Shown: in pieces, positions 13,186 through 27,257 of the stretch
Position numbering within the stretch: the stretch's first letter is position 1
Layout of the letters: every line of letters begins with the position of its first letter
Assembly: GCA_012295275.1 (NCBI GenBank)
Contig: CM022677.1
Location: 2,108,001 to 2,172,000, forward strand
Origin: Chrysomallon squamiferum
Lineage: Eukaryota > Animalia > Mollusca
Length of the DNA: 64,000 bases
Direction: 5' to 3'
Made by a program: the position numbers and the translations under genes
The notes under the pieces: generated by a model
The model's database searches: none
What the model was told of the DNA's origin: nothing
The model's input: only the letters and a program-made list of their open reading frames with translations

Positions 13186-13782
13186 CTAAAATGTGCTTAG
13201 ACTGTATTTTTTACAGAGTATCACCTAAAAAAAATTATTAGCAAAGATTATAATAATAATAATAATAATAATAAAATACTGTTTAATATCATAAAAGTAT
13301 CTCTTTAGAAAATCAAATTTAATTTATACTGTTTTTAATAATTAATAAATTAATAATTTAATAAATAAATAAATAAAAACATCTACATTGTTTATATAAA
13401 CATTAGTTTAACCAATCAGATGCTGAGATTCCGGGCACCTGACATCGTATTTGGCTCGAGTTTTGTGACGTCAATCATGCGCTGTGACGACAGTGTTATG
13501 GGGTCCTTAGACAAAGTTGGTGGAAGTTGCGTAAACAAACTTTCGTAAAGGGAGCTCGCTTAAAATCTTTTAAAGTCACTTCATCTGCTGAAACTGGTAA
13601 TTTAACAAGGTAACAGTTTTTTCACCATTTAACTTACATAGGATCTTTGTTGCCCTATTCCCGGAGTATCTGCTATTTTCATATAATTTTTGAGAATCCA
13701 ACGCAAAAAGAACGTCCAAATATTTTGACCCTACAGTATATGATCTCTGTATTTTCTAATGTAATCTATTGTCCTACAGTAG
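13186..13782 (+). repeat. Second copy of the 3146-3872 segment
   Basis: Colinear shared blocks, including TGACGTCA at 13466-13473. Confidence 0.75.
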
Positions 13783-13959
13783 ATGTTGATCACAAGTTTC
13801 TCTGTAAAACATAACAACAAAATTATTAATATTTTGACATACTAGTTTTTATTGATTAAAAGCAAAACCGTTATAAGAAATATTAAATTATGATCCTTTC
13901 AGTGTGGTCCCCCTTGGATAAGAATATCTGATGGCCCATGACATATGTTTCTTGCACAG

Positions 13960-15012
13960 ATCTGAATTGGCAGGGTGTGGTCAAGGTGGTGCTTGCACAA
14001 CCACAGAAGCCTGTACTGGAGGTTCATGTAACAGAGGTGATTATTTTAATTTATATAGCAGGAAGAATTTTAAAATGACCAAGAATTAATTCCTGTGTCT
14101 GCTTTCATCAAAATTATAAATCTAGTCATATCAATAAAGAGCTTCTTAAATTATGTTTATAATTAGGTGTTAAATTTGATGAAACTGTCTGCATGTTCTG
14201 TCTAACGTCTGAAATACAAAATTATGTGTTTAGCATTTATCTATGACATTGTTAAAAACTATTTAATTCTCAATTTTATTTTATTGATTTATTTATTCTT
14301 TAATTTTAATCTTACAGTTGACCGTGCCTGGACTGCATGGTCACTTCAGAGACTGGGTAGTTGTAGTGAAACATGTGGCAGAGGCACTAGAAGAAGATTT
14401 GAGATAAGAACATCAACAAATTCTGCACACCTAAGAATGGAGGCAAAGACTGAGGAACCGACGACAGGAGGAATCTTCACGAAGCATGTGAAACAAATGT
14501 CTTATGTCCAGGTAACAAGCAATAATTAAATCAAATATATTCATACTGTAATTTTCTTTTAAACAAATTATAAACAGACAGGTGGCATGTTGTTTCCTGT
14601 GAGGCATCTGTTCTAAGATGACAATAAATAACAATCTCTAGATTGTGAGGAAAGGTGCTGTCAGTAAATAATCTGAGCAATAAAATTACTTCTCTGCCTA
14701 CAAAAGTGAAATGTGATTCAAATAATAAAATATTTATTTAACGATTTCTCTAAAATCCAGTTGTTAATGATTTGGTGGAACTTTAAGGCCAATGAATTAC
14801 ATTAGGTTTATTGATAATCACAGTAGTAAACCATTAAGCAGCACATTTCTAAAGTTATAATGTATATTTTATTTTCCATTTATTCAAAACTATTTTTGTT
14901 AGTGCTTATGTTTATGGTGCCTGATCTGCCACATGTGGATCTGCTACACAGACTGGTAGAAGGTTATTTAACAATCTAGCTGATGATCCATGCTGATATA
15001 TCTAAGATTATG
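13960..15012 (+). pseudogene. Thrombospondin type-1 (TSP1) repeat gene relic; exons 13960-14036, 14318-14511 and ~14903-15012
   Basis: AG/GT-bounded exons; the first two are phase-compatible. They give Cys-rich GCGQGGACTTTEACTGGSCNR and VDRAWTAWS..GSCSETCGRGTRRR...(frameshift)PKNGGKD*...CETNVLCP; the third gives YGA*SATCGSATQTG. Cys codons are mutated to TGA. Confidence 0.85.
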
Positions 15013-15771
15013 GTATATGTTTTGTTTTGGAGGTTATTTCTGTGAGTTATATACACACTTATTATTATATTATAAAATAATATATCTCTGTATAAAATTA
15101 AACAATAAACAGATGTTTTGAATTTATTTCACTGTTTCATTTACAGAATTTACAACTATTTGAATAATGTAGAATGTTTGTCTGTTATCAATGTTTTTAT
15201 TGAAATTGTTTTCCCATAATTTCTCATTCTTGTTATTAATTTTCAGTGGAAATCACAGGGATGATAACCTGATCCTGTCAGAGAATATGGACATGATATT
15301 CAGTTAGTTTCAGAAGACCACTCTGAGTATTTACAATATTTCAAAAATAATTTTTTGATTTATCTTCATAAAATAATAATAATAACAATAAAAATAAAAA
15401 AAATTTAATTAAAAACATCAAGTTTTAGTAATATTAATATTGATTTTTGATTGTGTTTAAAACTTTAAATGATACACATATCTAATGTCATTACATTTTA
15501 TTTATTGAATTTTTTTTTTACTCCACTAAGTAACAGGCAATCACACAAAATTGAGATATCAAGAACACTCGCCATTGTATAGGACGAGCAAGCACCACAT
15601 TTATTAAAATATACTCATTAAATATTAATTACCAGAAAACTAACTGAGAACACAATCTGTGGTGTAGTTAATGAAAATCACCTTCTTCATTCTCCTGCTT
15701 AGAAAAAGTATATTTCTGAAATATATACAACGCTTTGCCTGGAATTATAAAAATGATATTTTCTTCTATTA

Positions 15772-16195
15772 CTGCCAAGTATCAACTCTTCAGCTACTGC
15801 TGAAAAAAGGGTACCTAACTCTCTATTTCCCGGCAGCATATTTGTTTTTTTAAATTCACAGTTTAGAGATTTAGTTTTAACTGTAATAATAATGTGACAT
15901 TTTATTTTTTATTTTATATGTTCTAATACAGTCAATAAACAAATGACGTTAATCAATAAGCGCAAGCTATATTTCTCAATGATCTTCTATAAAACAAAAT
16001 GGATTAATACTTAATTAACTGTAGAAACTGACATTCTATTATCTCCCCTAAAAATTAAATTGATAATTAGGATTAACGTCATTTCTTTATTGTCAGTATT
16101 AGAGATTATAAAATAAAAAAATAAAATGCTGACAGGGAAATAGAGAGGTACCATTTTTTCAGCAGTAGCTAAAGAGATGATACTAGTCCTAGTAC
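15772..16195. mobile_element. Foldback/MITE-like element with nested inverted repeats
   Basis: Outer arms: gtatcaactcttcagctactgctgaaaaaagggtacc..ctctctatttccc (15779-15830) and its inverse (16135-16183). Inner arms: ~15900-15954 and ~16071-16128. Confidence 0.8.
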
Positions 16196-16530
16196 TAGCT
16201 GCTGAACAAGTGCCTGTACAAGAGGAACAGCAGCTATATTAATAGCAATACAAGTGTGAATCTAGTGTATGTGTATTTGTGTAGTACATACTGTGTGTGT
16301 GTTTGTGTTGCACTGGTAAAACATTGTATAGTAATTAAATCTGGAATAGGTTTGTTTTTTAAACACAGTCTGTTATAACTATTACATCATAATTATAATT
16401 ATATACATTTGATAATTGTATGTGTATGCATGTGTTTGTGAGTGTATTTATAATTAATGAAAAACCCTGATCTGTTTCAAAAAACTTTAAATATAGGAAT
16501 TCTTCAAGTCACTTTCATAGAATTAAATTT

Positions 16531-19500
16531 TCTATATATGAAGGGGTCATTATATGTATTGATGTTTAATCTGATATGAGGTCGCATGCAATATATAAGA
16601 TATACCCCAAAGTGTCTAATATATGTAAACTGTTTGAATATTCCATGTTGTTACATTGTCACTGATTGTGTTACATTTCTTATCTAGTTAAAAGATCAGT
16701 AAGAATTCTGTCAGTTTATTTTCCACTGAATTCATAAAATAAACCATTTACAGATCATTTCAACTTCATACAAATGCTAAAAATACCATTAAAAAAATTA
16801 AATCTTGTTACATTCTCGTCTGAGACTTGCACAACTTAATTATACACTTATATGATTATTTCTACTATTTCTATCATTTTACATATTGAGTTTTTAGTTC
16901 TTTGAATATAACAAAAGTGTTATAATAAGTATTGTTAAGAGAGCTAAACAAAATTGCTACTGTCAAAAATGTTTTCTTTGAAATATTAATTTTGATTTTC
17001 TTTAATTACTATAATAATGTGATCAATGTAATTTTAATAATTTTGTTCAAAATATAAACCACAACTTAATGATAAAGCTTTTTCTACAGTTTCACATTTG
17101 CAACTATATTGTTTTTTATATTAAGCTAATTGATTTTGAATAGAATAAATTCAAAACAATAATAAAATGCAAAGAATAAATAAAGCAATAATAGAACAAA
17201 ATTCAAAGGTTAAGTTAAAATAAAAATTAAAATGGCACAAAACTATTCCATTCAGCAAATAAAGTGAAACCACTTCTTGTCTAAAAAAATTTTTTTTTTT
17301 TATCAGCTGGTTCACTTTCTTGTTCAGGAATCAGATCTGCAGGCATAAACAACTTTTTTGTGGTTTGCATTAATTATATCAGCTCATTCTAAAATGATCT
17401 TTTCGGATTAAAATATTATTATTCTGGATAAGTTTATTGTTGTAGCCAGATTATAAACTTATATTTTTAATCAAATCTAAAATTAGATGTATAGAGTCAG
17501 TACTGTGCTGTCCAGGAAAGGTAATGCAATATGTAATCAAAATGACTGTAATCACATAGCTTTTTCTGCCAAGTTCTAAACATTTATACAAATTGTTGTG
17601 ATTCAGTAACAGTTATCAAAAATAATCAGTTCCCCTTTATTGTGGGATTTTTGACAATGAATATTGATTAGCAAGTCTGGTTATACCTTGGTCATTTTCA
17701 AGGTGGTATTGAATGCATGGCTTAAGGAATGATGTTGAGGTATGTGTGAAATCAGTTCATAAAGAAAAACAAATCTATGTTAATTTTGTTGAAGGTGTTT
17801 CTGAATGAAAAATTCTACTTTAGCTTTAATTATGTGATTCGAATTTATTTTAGACATATTTGTTATCTAACTTTAAATTATCTTTCAGTAAATAATTTGA
17901 ATTGATAACCACATCATTAGATCTCATTAGAATACAAAGAAAATATTTTAAGAAGGTTATATTTCAATTTTTAATTTACTCTAATTTTATTGATTCCTCT
18001 GACTTAATTTATTAAATCATTTTATAACAAGGAAATGAGAGTACTTACTGAATGATCTTTCATCTGGTATCACATATATTTATAGGAATAGAAAAAAACA
18101 ATATACTAGTCTGTGGATTTAAACTGTATGTTTTCAGAAGTTAAATCAGCTTGTTATTCAAGAAATTGTTGATAAATTCAAAATCGAATTGACATTTTGG
18201 AACAAAGAGCAGCTCAAGTCTCCAGTAGAGTTGAAGTATTTGGTGCTGTCCAGCAGGTATTTAAATACATTATTCATTGTAAACCTTTCCATTTAAATAT
18301 TTCTTCAGTCTTTCACAAAATTCTACACAAAATATTATACTGATTTAAGCAGCATACATGAAAATATAATACATTTGTGTTTTTGCAAAATGATGCACTG
18401 AACATTAGTAGTAAAGAATCAGTGTAAACCTTGTAATAATTTGCATGCCAGCCTAATAGAGTAGGGAACAGAACATTTGTATAAATTTGAAATTTGCTTT
18501 TATTAATATCTCCCAGTAATCCATACATTTAATACTTTATGTGGTAGGGCTAAAGATGTTTACAATATTTTGAAAGTTCGTAGACAGATGGAAGAATTGG
18601 CTTGAAAGATTTAGCTTATTTTCTTATTTTATCTCGTGCATGTGTAATATTGTCTTTGTTTTAAATACATTTTAAATTATATGTAAAGGATTCTTTATTG
18701 TAACTATTGCTTGAATGCAGAAAATAATTCTGGTTTATTTATGAGACAGTCAATTTCATTAATGGCAAAAATTAAATTACATTAAAGTGGCAGGAAAGAA
18801 TGTTATAATTAAATATTTTAATTAATCAAATAATTTGTTAGTATATTAGTATTTCAAGTAGAATCCGTATTGTGTAATGTAATACTATATAGTTTAAAAT
18901 GTTTATTTTCTTGATATTCCTAGCAGTCATCTTAAACTGTAAAACAGTGTAAATATCAAATTTTACCAAGATAAAGAATCATTCAAATATATTAAAACAT
19001 ATTTTTCATAATCACTTTTACTGATGTATTGCTATTTTAAACCTTTTATATCAAAGTTAAAAAACTAATCTTAAACTGATTTAAATTGAGAATATAAAAA
19101 CATTTAATAAATTATTGTTATTATTAAAGTTTTATGGAAAAAATAAAAATGTGGAGTAAAATGTTTCTTGCTAAGACAGTGAACTGCAGTTAGAGCCAAC
19201 AACAAATACTTCTTTCACTTTGTTTTATGTTTAGTTTATTAATGAATATTATATTTTGTTGTAGGATCCTAGACAACAGATTCAAGCTGCCTCAGCCAGC
19301 ACTTCAGTTGAAAATGACGTAATACCCATTTTCAGAAAAGGTTAACTAAAGCACTAGAATGCTATTACATCACAGTCTTCCCTGTCCAGAGAAACCACAA
19401 CACTTTAGAAAGAATAATTGAATTATTAAAAATAGAAAATCATAATTTAAAAATGATAAAAATCAAAGAAGAGAAAAAATGTACATAAATGGAATTTTTC

Positions 19501-21060
19501 TCAGTATTTTATAATTAGCCTTTCACATGTTGGAAAAATTCAAAAAATTATTTCAAATATGTGCAAATGGAAATGTTTTCCAAGTATTTTATAATCTGTA
19601 TTGAATTAATTCAATTAAAAAGCTGGGGGAAAAATGAAATTAAATAAATAAATAAATAAATTCATAAATAAATAATAAAACATATAAAATAACAATAAAA
19701 TATAACCAGGTCATGTTACATAAATGAGTGGCAGTACAAATATTTTTAATAAAAAAACATTATTTGTTCTTAACTGTTTTAAATCCTGACATCTACAAAA
19801 TCAAACCCATTGCATCTTATCTAAAAACAATAATCAAAATGGAAAATCATGCTGAACATTTTTCAGTTTGTTAACATTAAAAATGTTAAGGCACATTCAA
19901 ATATTTTAAAACAAAAATAAATAAATAAAGACAAGTCTTTGTTTTTAGTTTTATTATTTATATACTGATCAATATCTTCGTTATTTGTTGTCAACCAGAA
20001 AAGATAATCTGATTTAATCATTATATTTTATATAGACATCTTGTTCGATTTTACAGCACCACTTGATATTACGCTGCACATATAATGTCACAACAGTAAT
20101 TATCCTTTGATTCATACCATCAGCCTGTAATTAATCTTTACTTTTTGCCTAAAAGCCTAATTTTCTATTAACTTGAATGTCACAACAGTAATTATCCTTT
20201 AGTTACTAGCAGTAGTGTAAATTAATATACTTTAATAGGATGAATCATTTTCTGCAACTTTATTTAATGCAAAGTTTATAATTACCGCCAGTAGAGCTGT
20301 TTTAATGAATACACTGAGATTTAGTTATAATAAGTATATTTTATATCATTTTTGCTCAGTCTCAATTCACGTTTATGAACAGTGCTCCTATTACAAAATA
20401 AACGGGATATCTCAAGGTTAAAATATACTGAACAAGTTTTTAAAAAAGAAGAAAAGTCACGTTTTGGTCATTTATTCTCAAGTTATCAGAAGCGCAGTTT
20501 ATACAACGAAAGTTAAAATCAACGAAAATAACTAATTTTATTAATTACTTTAATAACTCTGAACATAATTTGTTATTTAATATTACTATAGAAGGTCCTC
20601 CATATTTCTGATTATACTTTCCGGTTTCATAAGGAAGAGGCCACAAATCTTACCACTGTTTCTGCATAACTGTAACGAGTTAAAAATCACTCGATAATAA
20701 ATTTGTCACATAAACAGTGGTGGTGATTTTATCAGAAGGCTTTATTACAGGAAAATATGATAATTAATTACAGGTTGATGAATACAGCAAATGGATCTTT
20801 CTGTTTGTCTGGTATATTACGTGACACTGCACCTAAAAAGAAAATATCTGATAATTCGTTTTTATCAATCTCAATTTAAATCATTTTTCAAAGAAAGATT
20901 TATTTGGGATCATCGTTATTTTCCGGCTGCCAAAACTGTCGCATATTATAACATCTAAAATAATAATATGATGCTTGCTGAAGGACGAAGTTAGTTTCAT
21001 TTTTACAACATCTTCGTCTTAGAATTTTGTTTATACATGGTATAATTTGTTGATAGTGGG
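16531..21060 (+). repeat. Segmental duplication: 16531-19832 is inverted at 33411-37292 and 20053-21060 is inverted at 37650-38700; diverged partial copies at 23490-25430 and 43170-45020
   Basis: Long near-identical reverse-complement matches. ORF 18313-18528(-) equals ORF 35333-35536(+), and the end anchors match (ctatatatgaaggggtcatt; catcttatctaaaaacaat). Confidence 0.93.
17710..19406 (+). pseudogene. LRMP/IRAG (MRVI1-domain)-like relic, copy 1: exon end at 17739, exon 18138-18256, truncated last exon from 19265
   Basis: HGLRNDVE|KLNQLVIQEIVDK(I)QNRIDILEQRAAQVSSRVEVFGAVQQ, with phase-0 AG/GT boundaries and a 1-nt deletion (119 nt instead of 120). It resembles the recalled LRMP/MRVI1 coiled-coil motif AARV/LxSRAEx(V/L)GAx(N/R)Q. 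Confidence 0.7.
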
Positions 21061-21266
21061 CCTCTTTGTACCAGCCAGTGAATTGTGTCTAGTGTATTAG
21101 AGACTGTGGTATGAGCTATCCTGTCAGTGGGCCTCTTTGTACCAGCCAGTGAATTGTGTCTAGTGTATTAGAGACTGTGGTATGTGCTATCCTGTCAGTG
21201 GGCCTCTTTGTACCAGCCATTGAATTGTGTCTAGTGTATTAGATACTGTGGTATGAGCTATCCTGC
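21055..21266. repeat. 71-bp tandem repeat x3, possibly SINE-derived
   Basis: Units start at 21055, 21126 and 21197 (agtgggcctctttgtaccagcca...ggtatg(a/t)gctatcctg). Confidence 0.9.
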
Positions 21267-21329
21267 CTTCAGTCTGTCCATGGCAGTGCACCATGTCTAT
21301 TAGAGACAGGAACAAGAAGGACAGAGCAA

Positions 21330-21708
21330 ATGACCACTGAAGTCTGCAGTTTTGTGAAAACAAGCTGATGCTGGTAAAAAAACTTCATCTGCTGTGCTGC
21401 CAAACAAAACTTGGTAGATGACTGTGTGTGATGGTGGGAAAGACAACAGCCAGGAAGTTGAGCAGCAGGTGACATCTCACCACACTCGAATAACCGGGCT
21501 AGTCCTGTACCTGATTCAGAGTGGGACCAGTGCACCCAGCTCCCTGTCCCCTACTTGAGCATCACAAAAATCCAGCCATTTTCCAAAGAAGGGATACAAG
21601 AGACTATTGATAATATGAATCAGCAGTCTGGTGTCAAGTAATGTGTCAGGCCTGTGTTAGAATGTTTTCAGAAACCTCTCAACAGTGGCAGGGTATGTTT
21701 TATTAGTT

Positions 21709-21752
<44 letters not shown>

Positions 21753-22461
21753 AGACATATTGCATGAATGATAATAAGCAAAGAAAATTGCATTTATCAG
21801 ACATATGTAGATTGATAATAAAAAAGAAAAAAAGAAACATGTTCATGTTGGAATTTCTAAAAACGTGCCATTGATGTTAAATACTTTATGTAGGTCATTG
21901 CAGTATTGTTCAGATGCTGTCTAGAAAGGGAATTTACATTATGGAGAAGGATGAATCAGCTGTACAGACACTGCAGACTGCACAATTCCAATTTGTGAGT
22001 TTTTATCTTATTTTTATTTCTTAGCAAGTAAAATAAGTTTTATAGTAACAACTCTTTACTGATTGTAAAATAGCATAATAACAATCATTTATTTGCTATT
22101 GTTTTGTTAATTATTTAAATTATTATCATTATAATGATTATACAAAGTATATAAAAAATATCCCACACCCCTTTGTGTCTGAATAATCGAGTAACTGGTA
22201 CCAGTAAAATTTAAATTTTAATAATAACAGAAACAGAAGTTATTTATTTATAACAGTTTATTATTTTTATTATTTTATTTGTATTTTTATTTTCAGAATA
22301 CACATACAGCTCTAATTGATGTGCTGATGTTGGCTAGTGAAGTTGTTTCAGTAGAAGGTGCTGTCCAGCACTGAGGATAAAGTTTGTACTGCTGCCACTG
22401 GAAAGAAAACCTGAACATGTTAATTTGAGTTTGTTTCCTTATGTATTTCTGATTATTCTAA

Positions 22462-22495
<34 letters not shown>

Positions 22496-24585
22496 CAGAT
22501 GCATATATAACTACAAAGGTAAATAAATAAATTATTGTTGTTTTTCAGAAACTGCTCTGTACACAAGAAGAGCTAATTCTGTGAGCTCACAACAGGAGAG
22601 AAATGTCATCAATGAATATGGCAGAACATGAGCATCTATAGAGGTTGTTTTTATAGTAGTAGTGTAGTCTTTGCCATTGTTGTAGTAATGTAGTTGTTAC
22701 AGCCTTAGTACTTGTAGCATTATTATTAATGCTACTTGTTGCATAATGTTGTAACAATTACATTATTATTAATGCTACATGTTGTATAATGCTGTAACAA
22801 TTACATTATTATTAATGCTACTTGTATAATGCTGTAGAATTGATCTTAATGATGTTTTAGCTGATGATGCTATCTCCTTAGCTTTGTAATAGTAATGTAT
22901 CTTGTGAGACTAAAGGTGATTAAAAAAACTGTTGTATTTCAATAACAGTAACCCTAGTTGAATAAGGAATAACAGGAAATATTAGTTACAGTAATGATGA
23001 TAACAAAAGTAGTGTTGCAGTAAATGTAGTAATAGCAGTTTTTTATTTATGTTTTATACAGTATTTTATTTATTTATTTATTTGAGCCAGTCCACCCACC
23101 AATCACACTGACCAGTGAGTCGTCCAGTCTCTCATCCAACGTCAGCATCGACTCAGTTGTGTGAATTTTGGTGACTTGAACATTGAAGCCGACCACGTCA
23201 GACGACAACAATTCTTAAGTTGGAGAGTCTTACACCAGGTCACCAATCTCAACAGTCAAATGTCAGGAGAAAAAACTTGAAAAACTTGAACTGCTAAAAC
23301 CAGCCAAAGAAAAACATTAAAATGAAACCACTTGGCAGAAGACAGTGGCAAAGACAAAAGCCTGGAAGTTGAGCAGCAGGTGACTTAGTAACTTCCATTA
23401 GCATTGTTTTATTTCTTTTTTCTTATATTTGTCTTACATTTGTACTAGCAGTAATCAAAACAGTTTTGTTTCTAACTCACAGAAATTACATGGCTTAAGG
23501 AATGATTTGAAATCAGTTCATAAAGAAAAACAGATCTACTTTTATTAATTTTGTTAAAGGTGTTTCTAATGAAAAATTCTACTTTAACTTTAATTATGTG
23601 ATTCAAATTCATCTTTGTTTTATCATATGCATGTGTAATGTTGTCTTTGTTTCAAATACATTTTAAAATATACTTTAATAATCATTATTGTAACTATTAC
23701 CTGAATGCATAGGATAATTGTGGTTTGTTCATAAGACAAAATATATTTCATTAGTGGTAAAAATTAAATTGCATTAAAGTGGCAGTAAAGATTTTTTTAT
23801 TAATCAAATAATTTGTTATTAATGATGTAACTGTAACGGTTGTTAAAGGTCAATTAATGATTGTCAGAATAATTTCAAATGTATTTTCATCATGTTAGTA
23901 TTTCCAGCAGAATCAGTATTAGAAGACCATTTTCTTACTGACTAATGTAATGCTATATAGGTTTAAAATGTTTATTTACTTAATATTTCTGGCAGTCATC
24001 GTAAACTAGACTAAAAGTCTAAAAGACAGAAGTATTCAAATCTATTAAAAAATATTTTTCATAATCTCTTGTATTGATGTATTGCTGTTTAATCCTTTTA
24101 TATAAAAGTTAAAAAAAAATAAAAAAATTTATTATTAAAATTATATGGAAAAAATAAAATGTGGACTAAAATTATTGTTGCTAAGTCAGTGAAATATTTT
24201 GTTGTAGGTTCCTAGACAACAGATTCAAGGTGTGCCACAGCCAGCAGTTCAGTTGAAAATGTTGTAAGACCCATTTTCAGAAAAGATTCACTAGAGCACC
24301 ACAATGCTTTTACATCACAGTCTTCCCTGTCCAGAGAAAGCTCAACACTTTCAAGAGAAAATCTGTCTGAAAAGTTAGACCATAAAATCAGTCTAATTTG
24401 AATTTCGAAAATTCAGTGATCTCCAAGAGACTGCATTGTCAATGTGATCAGAACATCCAGTGTACACATTGTACTTCATAGCAGCTTGCACTGTTTTTGT
24501 CATTGATGTGTGCTTGGTTATTCTAATCTTTCTCACTGAAAGAGGAATGGAGATTCATCACTGCTATGGAATGCCATCTTTGTAA
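21330..24585 (+). pseudogene. LRMP/IRAG-like relic, copy 2: several degenerate exons and a last exon (24208-24585) ending in a TM segment plus KASH-like tail
   Basis: Exon-like blocks at ~21340, 21914-21994, 22296-22375, 22549-22643, 23085-23390 and 23482 (ELHGLRNDL). Terminal translation EHPVYTLYFIAACTVFVIDVCLVILIFLTERGMEIHHCYGMPSL*. Assignment of the 5' exons to this gene rests on co-occurrence only. Confidence 0.6.
22718..22836. repeat. ~42-bp tandem repeat x3
   Basis: cattattattaatgctac.tgt..ataatg.tgta is repeated. Confidence 0.8.
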
Positions 24586-25511
24586 ATAAGCTAAAATCTG
24601 TGTGATAGTTAACTTTTTTAATCTAATTTTTATATTATTTAAATCAGGATAAATCAAGGGTTTGCTGGGGTAATCATTGTCTAAATATATTTAAAACTAT
24701 GTAATTTGAGGTATTTGAAGCTTTTATTAAAACACAATAAAACAACATTTTTTCTTTATATTATTTAAATCGGGGTAAAATCAGTGGTTTTCTGGGGATA
24801 ATCAATGTAAATATAATTGTAAATTATGTCATATGAGGTAATTAGATTTTTTTATACAAAAAAACAAACAAAAACATGTTTTTCTCTTTATATTTAAAGC
24901 ATGGGAAAATCAAGGGTTTGATGGGGTAATAAATGTACAAATAATTGAAGATTATGTAATTCATGTAATTATAAATTTTTTATTAAAAAAATTGGGGAAC
25001 AAATCTTTATATCGGAGGAAATCAAGGGTTTGTAGGGGGTAATCATTGTGTAAATATATTTAAAATTATGTAATTAGGGGTAATAATATATATATATATA
25101 TATATATTATATAACTCTCCTTAAAAAGTTTTAAAAAAAAAATATTACTTCTTAACTTTTTAAAATCCTGACATCTACAAAATCAAACACATTGCATCTT
25201 ATCTAAAAAACAGTAATCAGAATGAAAAAAATCATGCTGAAATTTCTTAACATTAAAAATGTTAAGGCACATTCAAATATTTTAAAACAAAAATAAATAA
25301 ATAAAGACTAGTTTTTGTCTGTTTTTAGTTTTATTATTTATATACTGATCAATATCTTTGGTATTTGTTGTCAACCAGCAAAAGATAATCTGATTTAATC
25401 ATTATTTTTTATATATACATTTTGTTCGATTTGACAAAAACAAATAATTAAAGCACTAGAATAAACACTAATCAACAAAAATGGCATTCTGTACATCTCT
25501 CTCTCTCTCTC

Positions 25512-25617
25512 TTTACAAACCCGTTAAATAGAGTTATTTCCCTTAGACCATTAATAGATGCCATTTGATATGCATTAATGGTCTAAGGGAAATAACTCTA
25601 TTTAACGTGTTTGTAAA
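25512..25617. repeat. Near-perfect palindrome (44-bp arms, ~18-nt loop)
   Basis: tttacaaacccgttaaatagagttatttcccttagaccattaat ... attaatggtctaagggaaataactctatttaacgtgtttgtaaa. Confidence 0.92.
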
Positions 25618-26131
25618 TATACAAGAAAGACTGAGCTAAATTCTATTTACTACTTTTAGATGAATTCGGCTAATTCTATATAAAAAAAAAAAAAAATCCA
25701 GCAAAATATTCCAATATTAAATTCAACAGTTTCTAAACAACGAGTTTCCATTATTTGTTGGTTTGTTTGATTTATTATTATTACTTAATTAATTACTGTA
25801 AAATTCCTATTTCGCTTAAAACCCTTTTTTTTTCCGATTTGCCCCTTGAATAAGAACAATGAATTTTTCATACAACATATAAATCTTGAGCAGTCAAGAT
25901 CACTCTGCATAATGTTACTAATCAAACTGAAGTTTATTAAATAGGAAGCATAATTATAATAGCATTTCAAGACAAAATTAAACCTCTATTTTTGTAACAA
26001 TGCATTCCAATAATGAATTATAGATTATAGTGACATATGCCTTTAAGATTTTGTTTTATGAGCCCATTACACTTTTATTTGATGTCACAGACTGTCATAA
26101 TGAAGTAAATTAATTATAATTTTTTTTTTAC

Positions 26132-26169
<38 letters not shown>

Positions 26170-27218
26170 CATACATACATACATACATACATAATACATA
26201 CATCGTTTCATTTTCATTTTCTTTAAAATAAAAATTACTGCAAATCTGTTTTTAAAAAAGATACTGGTTTTAACAGAGCTAAAATTATTGTTTTAGACTA
26301 TTTAATTTCTGCTTTTTTCAAATATATTTTAATGTTAATAACAACAATTCAGAATCAAGACAATAATATAATAATAAATTATTAAAATAATCCAATTAAT
26401 AATTATATTTTTATATCTTACTGCTCATTTTTAAAAAACAAGACAACAATCAAATCACTTGGAACTTGTATTTATTTATACATATTATACAAATTCTAAT
26501 AATGTTCTCGGGATATCTCACCTTATTCTTTTGGCTTTTATTAACTATTGCAGTCAGTGTCACATCCTACGTTAAAAAATATCATTACTCTTTCTACTAA
26601 TGAGGCCGTCATTGCCGTCGTTCCAGCATCGTTCTTAACGTCTTGGTGTACACTTCACTATTCTTTTTCGCTTTTTATTCTTATTTTGTAACGTGCGCAT
26701 TCTGTATTAAAGTATTTTCTTAATATTTCTATTAATATCGACGTCATTGCCATCATACCGGCGTTGTTCCTAACGTTATTGGTGTACTCCTCATCATTCG
26801 ATTTAGTTTTTTTATTCGCTATTATTCTTATTTTCTGACTGTGCCTGTCCTATATTAAAATATATCATTATTACCTGTTTTAATGATAGATAGATAGATA
26901 GATAGATAGAAAATGAAAAAGGTTGATATGACCCTTTCATAGTTTGTATTCAGTTAATAAAAAGAGATCAGCCTAACCTCGCGACCACTCAACTTTTCCT
27001 TTATAACATCTTACATCTCATACAGTTTTAGAAAAGATTATTAATCTGTACACTTCTCTATATTCTTAACTTCTGCTAAAAGGAACATTAGAAGGCGCAA
27101 CATTAACGTCATAAATTATGTATCACCTCATATTAAAATGATAATTACATCGATTATCGAGAATACCTGTATTTTGGGAAATATAGAGCGTAATATAGAC
27201 TTTAATTTAATTTTGTTA

Positions 27219-27257
<39 letters not shown>

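Noticed and set aside
18313-18528. ORF repeated almost identically at 35333-35536
   Set aside because: Lies in an intron of the relic; the identity reflects recent DNA duplication, not protein conservation.
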